DNA from: Acidobacteriota bacterium
Lineage (GTDB): Bacteria; Acidobacteriota; Polarisedimenticolia; J045
Assembly (NCBI GenBank): GCA_003695625.1
Contig: RFIB01000100.1
Coordinates: 1-38,450 of the forward strand
DNA length: 38,450 nt
Direction: 5' to 3'
The translations under genes and the position numbers were made by a program. A model generated the notes under the pieces. The model searched no databases and was not told the origin of the DNA. It saw only the letters and a program-made list of their open reading frames with translations. Below are positions 1 to 9,594 of the stretch, one piece after another (position 1 is the first letter of the stretch; every line of letters starts with the position of its first letter).

Positions 1-855
1 ACCGACGAGGATCCCCTGGAGCCGCTGGCGCCGCATCATGAACGTCACCGTCGAGAGCTTCGTCTCGACACCGGCCAGCACGCCGATCACCGAGATCGTG
101 CCCCCCGCCCGGGTCGCCCGGATCGAGCGTTCGAGCGTGCCGGCTCCGCCGATCTCGAGCGTGACGTCGGCGCCGAGACCGCCGGTCGCCTCGAGCACCG
201 CCGTGTCCCACTCGGGGTTCGTCGCGTAGTTGATGCCGAACTCGGCGCCCAGCTCGCGCGCCCGCGCCAGCTTGGCGTCGCTGCTGCTGGTGACGATCGG
301 GCGCGCCCCGAGGGCCGCCGCGATCTGGACACCGAACACGGACACGCCGCCCGTGCCGAGGCACAGCGCCGTTCCGCCGGGCTCGAGCCCGCCGTCCTCG
401 AGCAACCCGCACCACGCGGTCAGCGCGGCGATCGGCAGCGTCGCCGCCTGCTCGCTCGACCAGCCGTCGGGGACGGGCACGATCGCGTGCGCCGCGAGCA
501 CGACCTCCTCCGCGGCGACCCCGGGGCCGGGCAGGCCGAGCGTGCCGCCGAGGTAGCGTTCCTCGAACCGGCCGTCCTGCCAGTCGGCGATGAAATGCGT
601 CATCACGCGATCGCCGACCGCCACGTCCTCGACGCCGTCGCCGACCGCGGTGACCGTGCCGGCCCCGTCGCTGACCGGCACCGCGGGCAGCGCGAAGTGC
701 GGGTTGTACTGGCCGCGGACCACCAGCAGGTCCCGGTAGTTGAGCGAGATCGCCTCGATCCGCACGCGGACCTGACCGGGGCCCGGGTGCGGGACCGGCA
801 CGTCGCGCAACGCCAGTCCCTCGATGCCGAATCGCTCGAGCTGCCACGCCTTCAT
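1..855 (-). CDS. NAD(P)-dependent medium-chain alcohol dehydrogenase/quinone oxidoreductase family protein (3' end beyond window)
   Basis: Manual translation from ATG at 855 (GGAGG-like RBS): MKAWQLERFGIEGL...AISLNYRDLLVVRGQY...VPVSDGAGTV...ATLPIAALTAW...LGTGGVSVFGVQIA; open to position 1. Not in the ORF track because it is truncated. Confidence 0.9.
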   Translation of the reverse strand, partial: MKAWQLERFGIEGLALRDVPVPHPGPGQVRVRIEAISLNYRDLLVVRGQYNPHFALPAVPVSDGAGTVTAVGDGVEDVAVGDRVMTHFIADWQDGRFEERYLGGTLGLPGPGVAAEEVVLAAHAIVPVPDGWSSEQAATLPIAALTAWCGLLEDGGLEPGGTALCLGTGGVSVFGVQIAAALGARPIVTSSSDAKLARARELGAEFGINYATNPEWDTAVLEATGGLGADVTLEIGGAGTLERSIRATRAGGTISVIGVLAGVETKLSTVTFMMRRQRLQGILVG

Positions 856-982
856 CGGAACCGCCCTCCGTGGATTCGTTGCCGGCGTCAGCTTACCGCC
901 GATGCGACGCGCACGGCGCCGGCCCGTCGCCCATAATGGCGACAGGGAACGGGCCCCGCGAACGGGCCGGTCTCCCGGGAGC

Positions 983-1336
983 ATGACGATGGCCCGCAAG
1001 CGGCTCTACCGGGTGGTCTTCCTCGGCCGCGGCCAGGTCTACGAGCTGTACGCCCGCTCGGTCTCGCAGGGATCGCTGTTCGGCTTCATCGAGATCGAGG
1101 GGCTGACGTTCGGCGAGCGCTCGCAGGTCGTCGTCGATCCCGGCGAGGAGAGCCTCAAGCGCGAGTTCGAGGGGGTCGAGCGGATCCACGTCCCGATGCA
1201 CGCCGTGATCCGCATCGACGAGGTCGAGCGCGAGGGGGTCTCGCGGATGCGCCCGGTGGACAAGGGCGACGCGAGCGTGACCCCGTTCCCCTCCCCGATT
1301 CTCGGCGTGCCGCCGCGAGGCGGCGGCAAGGACTGA
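983..1336 (+). CDS. DUF1820 family protein
   Basis: LYRVVFLGRGQVYELYARSVSQGSLFGFIEIE...VVVDPGEESLKREFEGVERIHVPMHAVIRIDEVE matches the family as I recall it. Start is 983 or 989. Confidence 0.8.
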   Translation: MTMARKRLYRVVFLGRGQVYELYARSVSQGSLFGFIEIEGLTFGERSQVVVDPGEESLKREFEGVERIHVPMHAVIRIDEVEREGVSRMRPVDKGDASVTPFPSPILGVPPRGGGKD

Positions 1337-1344
1337 CCGGCGGC

Positions 1345-2565
1345 TCACCGGCGGCGGCGGAGCCCGTCGAGCACCGCGCGCAGCGAGAACACCTGTCGCG
1401 GATCCCGTTCCTCGGTGACGATCCGCTCGAGCCCGCGCGCGAGCCGCGGGCTGCGCGTCACGCACCACGCCGCCAGGTCGACCAGACGGGGACGCGCCGC
1501 CCAGCGCTCCGCGGCGAGAAACCCCTCGTACGCGGGACGGACCGCGCGTTCGATGCGCTCGCGATACAGCGCCGCGGCGTCGCCGTCCGGCCCCGCGGCG
1601 ACGATCGCCTCGGCCGCAATCATCCCGGTCTCGAGCGCCTTGCCGATCCCCTCGTCGGTCAGCGGCAGCGCCGCGGCCGCCGCATCGCCCACGGCGAGCA
1701 CCGGTCCGCGTGCCGCGGCGCGCAGTCCGCGCATGCCGGAGCGGATCTGCGCCGCACGCGGCCTGGCGACGAGACGCCCCCTGGCGAACAGCTCGCGGAC
1801 GGCGGGGTGCGCGGCCAGCGCGGCGAGCCGTTCGCTGACCGGAGCGCCGCGACGGCCGGCGGCGGCGTCCCACGCGACCGCGCCGACGTTGCACAGGCGC
1901 CCGCCGAGCGGGAAGACCCAGCCGTAGCCCGGCGCGAGCCCGTGCGAGAACAGGCCGAGCAGCTCGTCGGGAACCGGAGCGTCGGTCTCGAGATGGCCGC
2001 GCAGCGCGACGGCCTGGGCGACCCCGTCGACCAGCCCGAGGCGGGCACCGAGCGCCGACGCGGCGCCGGTGGCCAGGACCAGCCGACGAGCGGCCACGAT
2101 CCGCGACGCATCGTCGCCGGCCAGCTCGGCGCGCACGCCGTCCTCGCCGACGGTGACGTCCTTGACGGCGGCGCGGACGAACAGCGCCCCGCGGTCCGTC
2201 GCCCACGACGCGAGCCGCGCGTCGAACCGCGCGCGCGAGAGGGTGACGAACGGGCCCGGGACGCTGACCGCACTCCCCGACGGGGCGATCGCCCGCGCCC
2301 GGCCGACGGCGTGCCCCATGCGGGCGATCTCGTCCCACAGACCGAGCCGCTCGAGAACGCGGCGCGCTCCGTGGGCGAGCGCCTCGCCGCAGACCTTGAC
2401 CCGCGGGAATGACGCCCGGTCGACGAGAAGAACGCGCAGGCCGGCCCCGGCCAGGCTCCCGGCGGCGACCGCCCCCGCCGGCCCCGCGCCCGCGACGAGC
2501 ACGTCGGGCCGCTCGGCGCTCGGCGCGAGATCGGCGAGACCGACCTGGCGCAGCTCAGCGGCCAC
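1345..2565 (-). CDS. Geranylgeranyl reductase-family FAD-dependent oxidoreductase
   Basis: VAGAGPAG Rossmann motif, FPRVKVCGEAL, GYGWVFP, VGDAA...PLTDEGIGKALETG. Confidence 0.85.
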   Translation of the reverse strand: MAAELRQVGLADLAPSAERPDVLVAGAGPAGAVAAGSLAGAGLRVLLVDRASFPRVKVCGEALAHGARRVLERLGLWDEIARMGHAVGRARAIAPSGSAVSVPGPFVTLSRARFDARLASWATDRGALFVRAAVKDVTVGEDGVRAELAGDDASRIVAARRLVLATGAASALGARLGLVDGVAQAVALRGHLETDAPVPDELLGLFSHGLAPGYGWVFPLGGRLCNVGAVAWDAAAGRRGAPVSERLAALAAHPAVRELFARGRLVARPRAAQIRSGMRGLRAAARGPVLAVGDAAAAALPLTDEGIGKALETGMIAAEAIVAAGPDGDAAALYRERIERAVRPAYEGFLAAERWAARPRLVDLAAWCVTRSPRLARGLERIVTEERDPRQVFSLRAVLDGLRRRR

Positions 2566-2613
2566 GGCCCCCGCTCCGCGGGGCGACCGCCGCCGCCTGC
2601 GCCGGGGACGCCG

Positions 2614-3024
2614 TCAGTCCGGGGCGGGATCGCGGCCGGCGTCCCGGTCCACGGCGACGGGCGCGGAGTCCTCGTAGAGCAGCTCGCGCAGCCTGCGCCG
2701 CTCCGCCGGCGGGACCGACACGAACGACACGCCGAACGCCGCGCGCGGCGGACCTGGCGATCCCTCGGGCTCGCGCACGGCGAGCGCCTCGAGGACCAGC
2801 GGACGCGGATCCCCGGGCACGTGGATCTCCAGCTCGAGCAGCGTGCCGAGCTCGACCGCGCCGGCCAGCACGATCAGCGCGCCCGTCTCCGAGATGTTGA
2901 GCGTGTGCCCGCGCAGCGGCCGGCTGGCCGACCCCGCACGGGCGCGCAGCTCGAGCCGCAGCGCACGCCGTGCGCCTGCGCGGCGCTCTCCGCTGAGCCT
3001 GAAGTCTCTCGTCCGCGGGCCCAT
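2614..3024 (-). CDS. PilZ domain protein
   Basis: ERRAGARR (RxxxR) and NISETG (D/NxSxxG) c-di-GMP binding motifs; C-terminal FGVSF. Confidence 0.8.
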   Translation of the reverse strand: MGPRTRDFRLSGERRAGARRALRLELRARAGSASRPLRGHTLNISETGALIVLAGAVELGTLLELEIHVPGDPRPLVLEALAVREPEGSPGPPRAAFGVSFVSVPPAERRRLRELLYEDSAPVAVDRDAGRDPAPD

Positions 3025-3185
3025 CGGAGCGAACGTAGAGCCGCGGCGGACGGCACCGCAACGTCGGCCCGGCTCGACGCGCCGCGGCACCCGCCGGCCC
3101 TCCGGGACGCCGCCCGGGCCGGCCGGCTCGTGCAGAATGTTCCGTCCGGACCGCCGCCCGGAGCGCGTCCGTGGAGGTCCCCGCG

Positions 3186-6100
3186 ATGCATCGACGTCTG
3201 GCCGGCATCCCGCCCGTCCTTCTCGCGCTGGCGCTCGCGCCGGTCATTCTGGCACCGCGTGCCGCCGCCGGCGCCGCGCTGCCTCCGGCCGAGGAACTCG
3301 CCGGGCTCGCCGCCCGCGCGATCGGTCCGGCCGGGATGAGCGGGCGCGTGACCGACGTCGAGGGGGTCCCCGGCGATCCGGGGCCGCTGTGGGTCGGCAC
3401 GGCCGCCGGCGGCGTGTTCCGCTCGCGCAACGGCGGGCTGACGTTCGAGCCGGTGTTCGACGACCAGCGGTTCGCCTCGATCGGCGACATCGCGGTATTC
3501 GCGCGGGTGCCCGAGATCGTCTGGGTCGGCACCGGCGAGGCCAACGTGCGCAACTCGGTGTCGTACGGCGGCGGCGTGTACCGCTCGACCGACGGCGGCG
3601 AGACGTGGACGTTCCTCGGCCTCGGCGAGAGCGAGCGGATCGCGCGGATCGTGCTCCATCCGGACGATCCCGACGTGGCGTGGGTCGCGGCGCTCGGTCC
3701 GCTGTGGACGGGCGGCGGGCAGCGCGGCGTGTACAAGACGACCGACGGCGGCCGCTCGTGGCGGCGGGTGCTGTTCGTCGACGACGACACGGGGGCGGCG
3801 GACCTGGCCATCGATCCGTCGAATCCGAACCGGCTGCTCGCCGCGACGTGGGACCATCGCCGGACGCCGGCGTTCTTCCGCTCGGGCGGGCCCGGCTCGG
3901 GACTGTGGCGGAGCGTCGACGGCGGCGAGACGTGGACGCGGCTCGGCCCCGCCGACGGCCTGCCGGACGGCGAGCTCGGCCGGATCGGCCTCGCCTTCGC
4001 GCCGTCCGACCCGCGGATCGTCTACGCGCTGGTCGAGGCGCAGCGCAACGTGGTGCTGCGCTCCGAGGACGGCGGACGGACGTTCCGGCGCACCGCGGCG
4101 ACGCGCCGGTTCGGCAACCGGCCGTTCTACTTCTCGCAGCTCCGCGTCGATCCGGAGCGTCCGCTGCGCGTCTACAGCCTGTGGACGCTGGTCAGCGTCT
4201 CCGAGGACGGCGGCGAGAGCTGGCGCGTGCTCGTGCCGTTCCGGGACGTCCATCCGGACCATCACGCGATGTGGATCGACCCGGCGGACGGACGCCGGAT
4301 CGTCGTCGGCAACGACGGCGGCGTGGCGATCAGCCTCGACCGCGGCACGACGTGGCGCTTCGTCGAGACGCTGGCGCTGGCGCAGTTCTACCACGTCGCC
4401 GTCGACGACGACCTGCCGTACCACGTGTACGGCGGGCTGCAGGACAACGGCTCGTGGCGCGGCCCGGCGTACGTGTGGGAGAACGGCGGCATCCGCAATC
4501 ATCACTGGGACGAGGTCGGCTTCGGGGACGGCTTCGACACGCTGCCCGATCCGCGCGACTCGCGGCGCGGCTACGCGACGAGCCAGCAGGGATTCCTGAT
4601 GCGCTGGAATCTCGAGACCGGCGAACGGCGCTCGATCCGCCCCGCCCCGCCGGAGGGCGTCGAGCTGCGCGTGAACTGGAACCCGGCCGTCGCGCTCGAT
4701 CCGTTCGATCCCGACACGATCTGGTTCGGCAGCCAGTTCGTGCACCGCTCGCGCGACCGCGGCGAGACGTGGGAGATCCTCAGCGAAGACCTGACGACCA
4801 ACGACCCGCAGTACCAGCGCCAGGCCGACAGCGGCGGGCTGACCCGGGATGTCACCGGCGCCGAGAACTTCACGACACTGACCGAGATCGCGCCGAGCCC
4901 GGTGGCCCGCGGCGTCGTCTGGGTCGGCAGCGACGACGGCCGCGTGCACCTGACGCGCGACGGCGGCACGCGCTGGACCAGCGTCGAGGACCGCTTCCGC
5001 GGCGTGCCGCGCGGGGCGTGGGTCGCCGACATCCACGCTTCGGCGCACGAGCCGGGGCGCGCCTTCGTCGTGCTCGACGACCACCGCCGCGGCGATCACC
5101 GGCCGTACGTCGTGCGCACCGACGACTTCGGGCGGCACTTCGAGGCGCTCGCGCTCGAGGGCGTCGAAGGGCACGCGATGGTGATCGCCGAGCATCCGAC
5201 CGACGAGCGCGTCCTGTTCCTCGGCACCGAACACGGGCTGTGGATCTCGCTCGACCGCGGGCGGCGATGGTCGCGATTCGAGAGCGGCGTGCCGCGGGCT
5301 CCGGTCCGCGATCTGGCGATCCAGCGCCGCGAGCACGACCTCGTCATCGCGACCCACGGGCGCGGGCTGTTCGTGCTCGACGACATCCGGCCGCTCGCGC
5401 GCCTGGCCGACGGCGAGCCGGCCGCGCGGCTGACGCTGTTCGACGTGCCGCCGGCGATCGAGCACGTCGTGCGGCAGACCGGCGCCTCGCGGTTCCCCGG
5501 ACACGGCGAGTTCCGTGGCGAGAACCGGCCCTACGGCGCGCGGATCCGGTTCCGGATCGTCGACCCGGAGCTGCCCACGGCCGAGGAGCTCGCGCGGCGC
5601 GCGGCGCTGCGGCGCCAGACGGACGGCGGCCGGGACCGCGAGGAGACCGACCAGGTGCGCGCGGTCGTCACCGTCGCCGACGCCGACGGGGCCGTCGTGC
5701 GCCGCTTCGAGCGCCCGGTCCATCGCGGGATCAATCTCGTGACGTGGGACCTGCGCCGCGATCCGTGGAAGCGGCCCCGGCGCCCGGACGCGCTCGAGTT
5801 CGACCGCGGCGCCGGAGCGCCCGTCCCGTGGGGCCGGTACCGCGTGACGGTCCGCGTCGGCGAGGACGAGGCGGCGACGACGGTCGAGGTGCTGCCCGAT
5901 CCGAGGCTCGAGACCACGCCGGAGCAGCGTGCCGCGTGGTGGGAGGCGGTCGCGCGGGCCGGCGCTCTCTCCGAGCGCCTGGCCGCCGCCGTCTCGGCGA
6001 TCGACGAACTGCGCGCCGACGCGGCGGCGCTGCGGCGCAAGGCGGGCGCGCGCTGGCCCCGGCGGCTCAGGAGCGACCCGCCCGCCCCGGAGCGGAAGGA

Positions 6101-6425
6101 GATCGAGGATGCCGCGCGGGCGCTCGAGAAGCGGCTCGACGAGGTCGAGCGGCTCGTCTGGACGCCTCCGGACGCGCAGGGGATCTTCGCGCCGCATCAC
6201 GCATGGGGGCGCCTGTCCCGCGCGCTGATGATGCTCCGTTCGAGCTGGGGCCCGCCGACCGCGGCACAGCTCGCCTACCTGGCCCGGGCGGAGCGCGCGA
6301 CCGGCGAGGCGCTCGAGGCGCTGGCCTCGGTCGACGACGACGCCGCGGCGCTGCGCGAGCTGGCGGCACGGCACGGGCTCGCGCTGCTCGACGCGGCGCT
6401 GGCGGACTCAGCGCCGTCCGACTGA
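3186..6425 (+). CDS. Secreted BNR/Asp-box (VPS10/sortilin-like) beta-propeller protein, glycosyl hydrolase-like
   Basis: Signal peptide; IGPAGMSGRV; many Asp-boxes (RSTDGGETW, KTTDGGRSW, RSEDGGRTF); HPDHHAMWIDP, GGLQDNGSW, ATHGRG. GGAGG RBS before ATG 3186. Confidence 0.85.
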   Translation: MHRRLAGIPPVLLALALAPVILAPRAAAGAALPPAEELAGLAARAIGPAGMSGRVTDVEGVPGDPGPLWVGTAAGGVFRSRNGGLTFEPVFDDQRFASIGDIAVFARVPEIVWVGTGEANVRNSVSYGGGVYRSTDGGETWTFLGLGESERIARIVLHPDDPDVAWVAALGPLWTGGGQRGVYKTTDGGRSWRRVLFVDDDTGAADLAIDPSNPNRLLAATWDHRRTPAFFRSGGPGSGLWRSVDGGETWTRLGPADGLPDGELGRIGLAFAPSDPRIVYALVEAQRNVVLRSEDGGRTFRRTAATRRFGNRPFYFSQLRVDPERPLRVYSLWTLVSVSEDGGESWRVLVPFRDVHPDHHAMWIDPADGRRIVVGNDGGVAISLDRGTTWRFVETLALAQFYHVAVDDDLPYHVYGGLQDNGSWRGPAYVWENGGIRNHHWDEVGFGDGFDTLPDPRDSRRGYATSQQGFLMRWNLETGERRSIRPAPPEGVELRVNWNPAVALDPFDPDTIWFGSQFVHRSRDRGETWEILSEDLTTNDPQYQRQADSGGLTRDVTGAENFTTLTEIAPSPVARGVVWVGSDDGRVHLTRDGGTRWTSVEDRFRGVPRGAWVADIHASAHEPGRAFVVLDDHRRGDHRPYVVRTDDFGRHFEALALEGVEGHAMVIAEHPTDERVLFLGTEHGLWISLDRGRRWSRFESGVPRAPVRDLAIQRREHDLVIATHGRGLFVLDDIRPLARLADGEPAARLTLFDVPPAIEHVVRQTGASRFPGHGEFRGENRPYGARIRFRIVDPELPTAEELARRAALRRQTDGGRDREETDQVRAVVTVADADGAVVRRFERPVHRGINLVTWDLRRDPWKRPRRPDALEFDRGAGAPVPWGRYRVTVRVGEDEAATTVEVLPDPRLETTPEQRAAWWEAVARAGALSERLAAAVSAIDELRADAAALRRKAGARWPRRLRSDPPAPERKEIEDAARALEKRLDEVERLVWTPPDAQGIFAPHHAWGRLSRALMMLRSSWGPPTAAQLAYLARAERATGEALEALASVDDDAAALRELAARHGLALLDAALADSAPSD

Positions 6426-7256
6426 CCGCCCGTCGGCCGGGGATGCCCCGCCATCGCGCGCGAAGAACGCGTCCTCCCACGCGAGCTGTCGCGCGCGTGC
6501 CTCGCGCAGGGGCCGTGACCGCGCGGCCAGGCGGAGCACGGCCCGGTTCAGCGCGCGCATCGGCTGGCGCAGGGGACGCTCGAAGTCGACGAACAGCACC
6601 GCGCGCCACTCGTCGGTGTCGTTCCAGACCTCGTGGTTGTAGGTATCGTCGAAGACGAGGCTGCGCCCTTCCTCCCAGTGCAGGACCCGGTCGGCGACGC
6701 GGATCCGGCAGCGCGCACGCTCGCGCGGCACGACGAGCCCGAGGTGGTAGCGCAGCACGCCCGCGTACGGCCCGCGGTGCTGCGGGATGTGCTTTCCCGG
6801 CGCGAGGATCGAGAACATCGCGGTCAGCATTCCCGGGATCCGTTCCAGCGCGGCGACGGTCCGCGGGCAGTACGCGGCGGCGCGCGGCGAGACGAGCCCG
6901 TAGCCGGCGATGAAGAACGTCTTCCAGCGGTCATCCGACGTGATGGTCGCCACGTCCCGCGCGATCTCGTGAAAGCTCGCCAGCTCCGCCCGGCGGGCGA
7001 GCAGGACCGTGAGCTCGTCGCGGATGGCCCGCCACGACGCCTCCACCTGCGCGACCCACGGGAACGTGTCCGGCGCATAGACCGGCGGATCGCCGTGCAC
7101 CGAGGCGGCGGCGATGGCGCGCTCGAACAGGTCGCCGACGCGGCGCAGCAGCGCCTGGCGGCGCGATCGCGGCGGCGTCACGCGAACGCGGCGCGAATAG
7201 TCGAGCGTCGTCGGCGCGTCGTCATCGGGGGCAGGGTGCGCCCTGCCGTGCGGCAT
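6408..7256 (-). CDS. Aspartyl/asparaginyl beta-hydroxylase domain protein (LpxO-like Fe/2OG dioxygenase)
   Basis: AMFSILAPGKHIPQHRGPYAGVLRYHLGL and WEEGRSLVFDDTYNHEVWNDTDEWRAVLFVDFERP. Confidence 0.85.
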   Translation of the reverse strand: MPHGRAHPAPDDDAPTTLDYSRRVRVTPPRSRRQALLRRVGDLFERAIAAASVHGDPPVYAPDTFPWVAQVEASWRAIRDELTVLLARRAELASFHEIARDVATITSDDRWKTFFIAGYGLVSPRAAAYCPRTVAALERIPGMLTAMFSILAPGKHIPQHRGPYAGVLRYHLGLVVPRERARCRIRVADRVLHWEEGRSLVFDDTYNHEVWNDTDEWRAVLFVDFERPLRQPMRALNRAVLRLAARSRPLREARARQLAWEDAFFARDGGASPADGRSVGRR

Positions 7257-7361
7257 CGGTCGCCTCCCCTCGGGAACCGGGCCGGGCCGTCGTGCCCCGC
7301 GGTCAGGATACCGGAAGCCGGGACGGGAGCGGCGGCAACGCACGCTCCGGCGGGCGGAGGG

Positions 7362-8657
7362 TCAGGACTCGTCGAACGGTCGGCCGCGCCCGAGCAGGTA
7401 GCCCTGCCCGTAGTGGACGCCGAGCCGTCGCATCGTCTCGAGCTCGGCCTCCGTCTCGATCCCCTCGGCGACCACCTCGGCCCCCAGCTTGCCGGCGAGC
7501 GCGCACAGCGACGCGATCAGCGCCTGCCGGGCGACGTCGGCATCGGACGAGCGGACGAGCGACATGTCGATCTTGATCAGGTCCGGCTCGAGATCCATCG
7601 CCGCCGCCATGCTCGCGTAGCCCGACCCGACGTCGTCGAGCGCGATCCGGATGCCGATCCGCCGGAAGTGGTCGCAGGTGCGGCGCAGGATGTCGAAGTT
7701 GGTCACCGTCTCGCGCTCGGAGATCTCGAACACGAGGTCGTGGGGCTGCAGGCCGCAGCCGTCGAGCGTGCGCTGGAGTTCCGCGCCGGTGAACGCCGGA
7801 TCGTGCACGGCCGACGGCAGCGTGTTGAGGAACAGCTTGGCGCCGGCGGGCAGCCGGCCGGCGGCGCCGCGCAGCGCGGCCTTCCGGCACAGGCAGTCGA
7901 GCTCGAACGTCACGCCGGCGGTCTCCGCCACGCCGAACAGCTGGGCCGGCGAGACCCACGGCGTCGACCACGGACCGCGGGCCAGCGCCTCGAAGCCGAA
8001 CACCCTGCCCGACGCGATCTCGATCAGCGGCTGGTACACGCTCTGGATCTGCTCGGCGAAGATGATCGTCAGCAGCTCGTTCTCGGCCTCGATCGCGGCC
8101 AGCCGGGCCTTGAGCCGCGCGTGGTCGCGGGCCCGGCGGACCGCGCTGACGAACGCCTTCTCGGGTCGCGTCGCCGGATTGTGCAGCGCCAGTCCGCAGC
8201 CGACGGAGAACCGCGGCGGACGGGCCGCATACGGATAGACGATCTGCGACGCGTGCTTGGCGAGGTAGCGGTCGAGGGTCTCGCCGAGCGCGTGCGCGGC
8301 CTGGCGGTAGAACTCGAGGTCGTCGCGCGGGCGGCCGAGCCAGACGGTCAGCGAGTCGGGCTCGCCGAGGGACGTGACGATCCGGTCCTCCTCGCGCATC
8401 GCGCGTCCGAGGCAGCGGCGGACCGCATCCTCGAGCCGCTCGACGATCCGGTGCCAGGCAGGAGCGCCGAACTGGTCCTCGACGATGCCCAGCTCGGCGA
8501 GGTCGACGTAGAGCACGGCGAGCGCCCCGCACCGCGAGAGCAGTGCGGAAAGCTCCCGGGGGGTCTCCTCGGACGCGGTGCGCTCCCGCGTCCTCGTCCC
8601 CGCGGCCAGCTCGGGCTCGAGCGTCGTGCCTGGACCGGTCGACATCGGCTCCTGCAT
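7362..8657 (-). CDS. EAL-domain c-di-GMP phosphodiesterase with degenerate GGDEF-like N-terminal domain
   Basis: YQP...FEALAR, LFLN, FEISE, IALDDVGSGY, IKID, VAEGIET and YGQGY are all present; no GGDEF motif. Confidence 0.85.
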   Translation of the reverse strand: MQEPMSTGPGTTLEPELAAGTRTRERTASEETPRELSALLSRCGALAVLYVDLAELGIVEDQFGAPAWHRIVERLEDAVRRCLGRAMREEDRIVTSLGEPDSLTVWLGRPRDDLEFYRQAAHALGETLDRYLAKHASQIVYPYAARPPRFSVGCGLALHNPATRPEKAFVSAVRRARDHARLKARLAAIEAENELLTIIFAEQIQSVYQPLIEIASGRVFGFEALARGPWSTPWVSPAQLFGVAETAGVTFELDCLCRKAALRGAAGRLPAGAKLFLNTLPSAVHDPAFTGAELQRTLDGCGLQPHDLVFEISERETVTNFDILRRTCDHFRRIGIRIALDDVGSGYASMAAAMDLEPDLIKIDMSLVRSSDADVARQALIASLCALAGKLGAEVVAEGIETEAELETMRRLGVHYGQGYLLGRGRPFDES

Positions 8658-8893
8658 CCCTCCCGGCCGCGGCGGCCGGAGGCCGTCTCCCCCACGAAGG
8701 CAATCTGGGCGGCACCCGGCAGGCGGTCAACCGCTCCCCTGCCGCCCCGCCGCGACGGGCCCGGGCGGGCGACGCGGCACGCGACTGGCCGAATCCGGGA
8801 CGATCCGTATCCTGTCCTTCCGGCCCCATGACCGGCGGCGGCCGGACGGCGGACGGTGGCCGTCCGCCGGAGCTGCCGGCAGGCAATCACCGG

Positions 8894-9580
8894 ATGGATG
8901 ACCTTCGCTCGCTCGAACAGCTCGTCGAGCGCGACCGCGACACCGAGTTTCCGCCCGACGACGACCGGCTGCACGTGCGCGTCGTCGCCGTGGCGGACCT
9001 TCCCACCCGCTACGGGCGGTTCCGGGTCGTCGGCTTCTGCAACAGCCGGGACGACAAGGAGCACCTGGCGATCGTCCACGGTCCGATCGTGGGCGCGGCG
9101 GACGTGCTGACGCGGATCCACTCCGAATGCCTGACCGGGGACGCCCTCGGCTCGCTGCGCTGCGACTGCCGGGACCAGCTCGAGGCGGCGCTGCGCCGAC
9201 TGGCCAGCGCACCGCGCGGGCTGCTGCTCTACCTGCGCCAGGAGGGGCGCGGAATCGGCCTGGCGAACAAGATCCGCGCCTACTCGCTGCAGGACCGCGG
9301 GCTCGACACGGTCGAGGCGAACCTGGCGCTCGGCTTCCACGACGACGAGCGCGACTACGGCATCGCCGCGGCGATGCTGCGCAGCCTCGGCGTGCGGTCG
9401 ATCCGGCTGATGACGAACAATCCGCGCAAGATCGACCAGCTCCGCGCCCTCGGCGTCGAGGTCACGGGCCGCGAACCCCACGTGATCCCGCCCAACGAGC
9501 ACAACCGGTTCTATCTCGAGACGAAGGCGCGCCGCTCGGGCCACTTCATCGAGCTGGAAGCCGCCGCCGACGCGTCGTAG
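8894..9580 (+). CDS. ribA: GTP cyclohydrolase II
   Basis: RIHSECLTGDALGSLRCDC, YLRQEGRGIGLANKIRAY, LMTNNPRK, YLETKA...GH. Confidence 0.95.
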   Translation: MDDLRSLEQLVERDRDTEFPPDDDRLHVRVVAVADLPTRYGRFRVVGFCNSRDDKEHLAIVHGPIVGAADVLTRIHSECLTGDALGSLRCDCRDQLEAALRRLASAPRGLLLYLRQEGRGIGLANKIRAYSLQDRGLDTVEANLALGFHDDERDYGIAAAMLRSLGVRSIRLMTNNPRKIDQLRALGVEVTGREPHVIPPNEHNRFYLETKARRSGHFIELEAAADAS

Positions 9581-9594
9581 CCCGGCGGCGCGGC

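Noticed and set aside
2843-6913. Very long alternative-frame and antisense ORFs (1356 aa, 1166 aa and many similar across the window)
   Set aside because: Arg/Pro/Ala-rich shadow ORFs expected in very high-GC DNA; they overlap genes with clear family motifs.
8780-8893. FMN riboswitch upstream of ribA
   Set aside because: Only a 10-bp GC hairpin (8847-8869) is present; the conserved FMN aptamer sequence blocks are not recognisable.
8894-9580. ribA as a flavin-shuttle supplier for the cytochrome conduit
   Set aside because: It lies about 12 kb away with unrelated genes between; ordinary housekeeping explains it.
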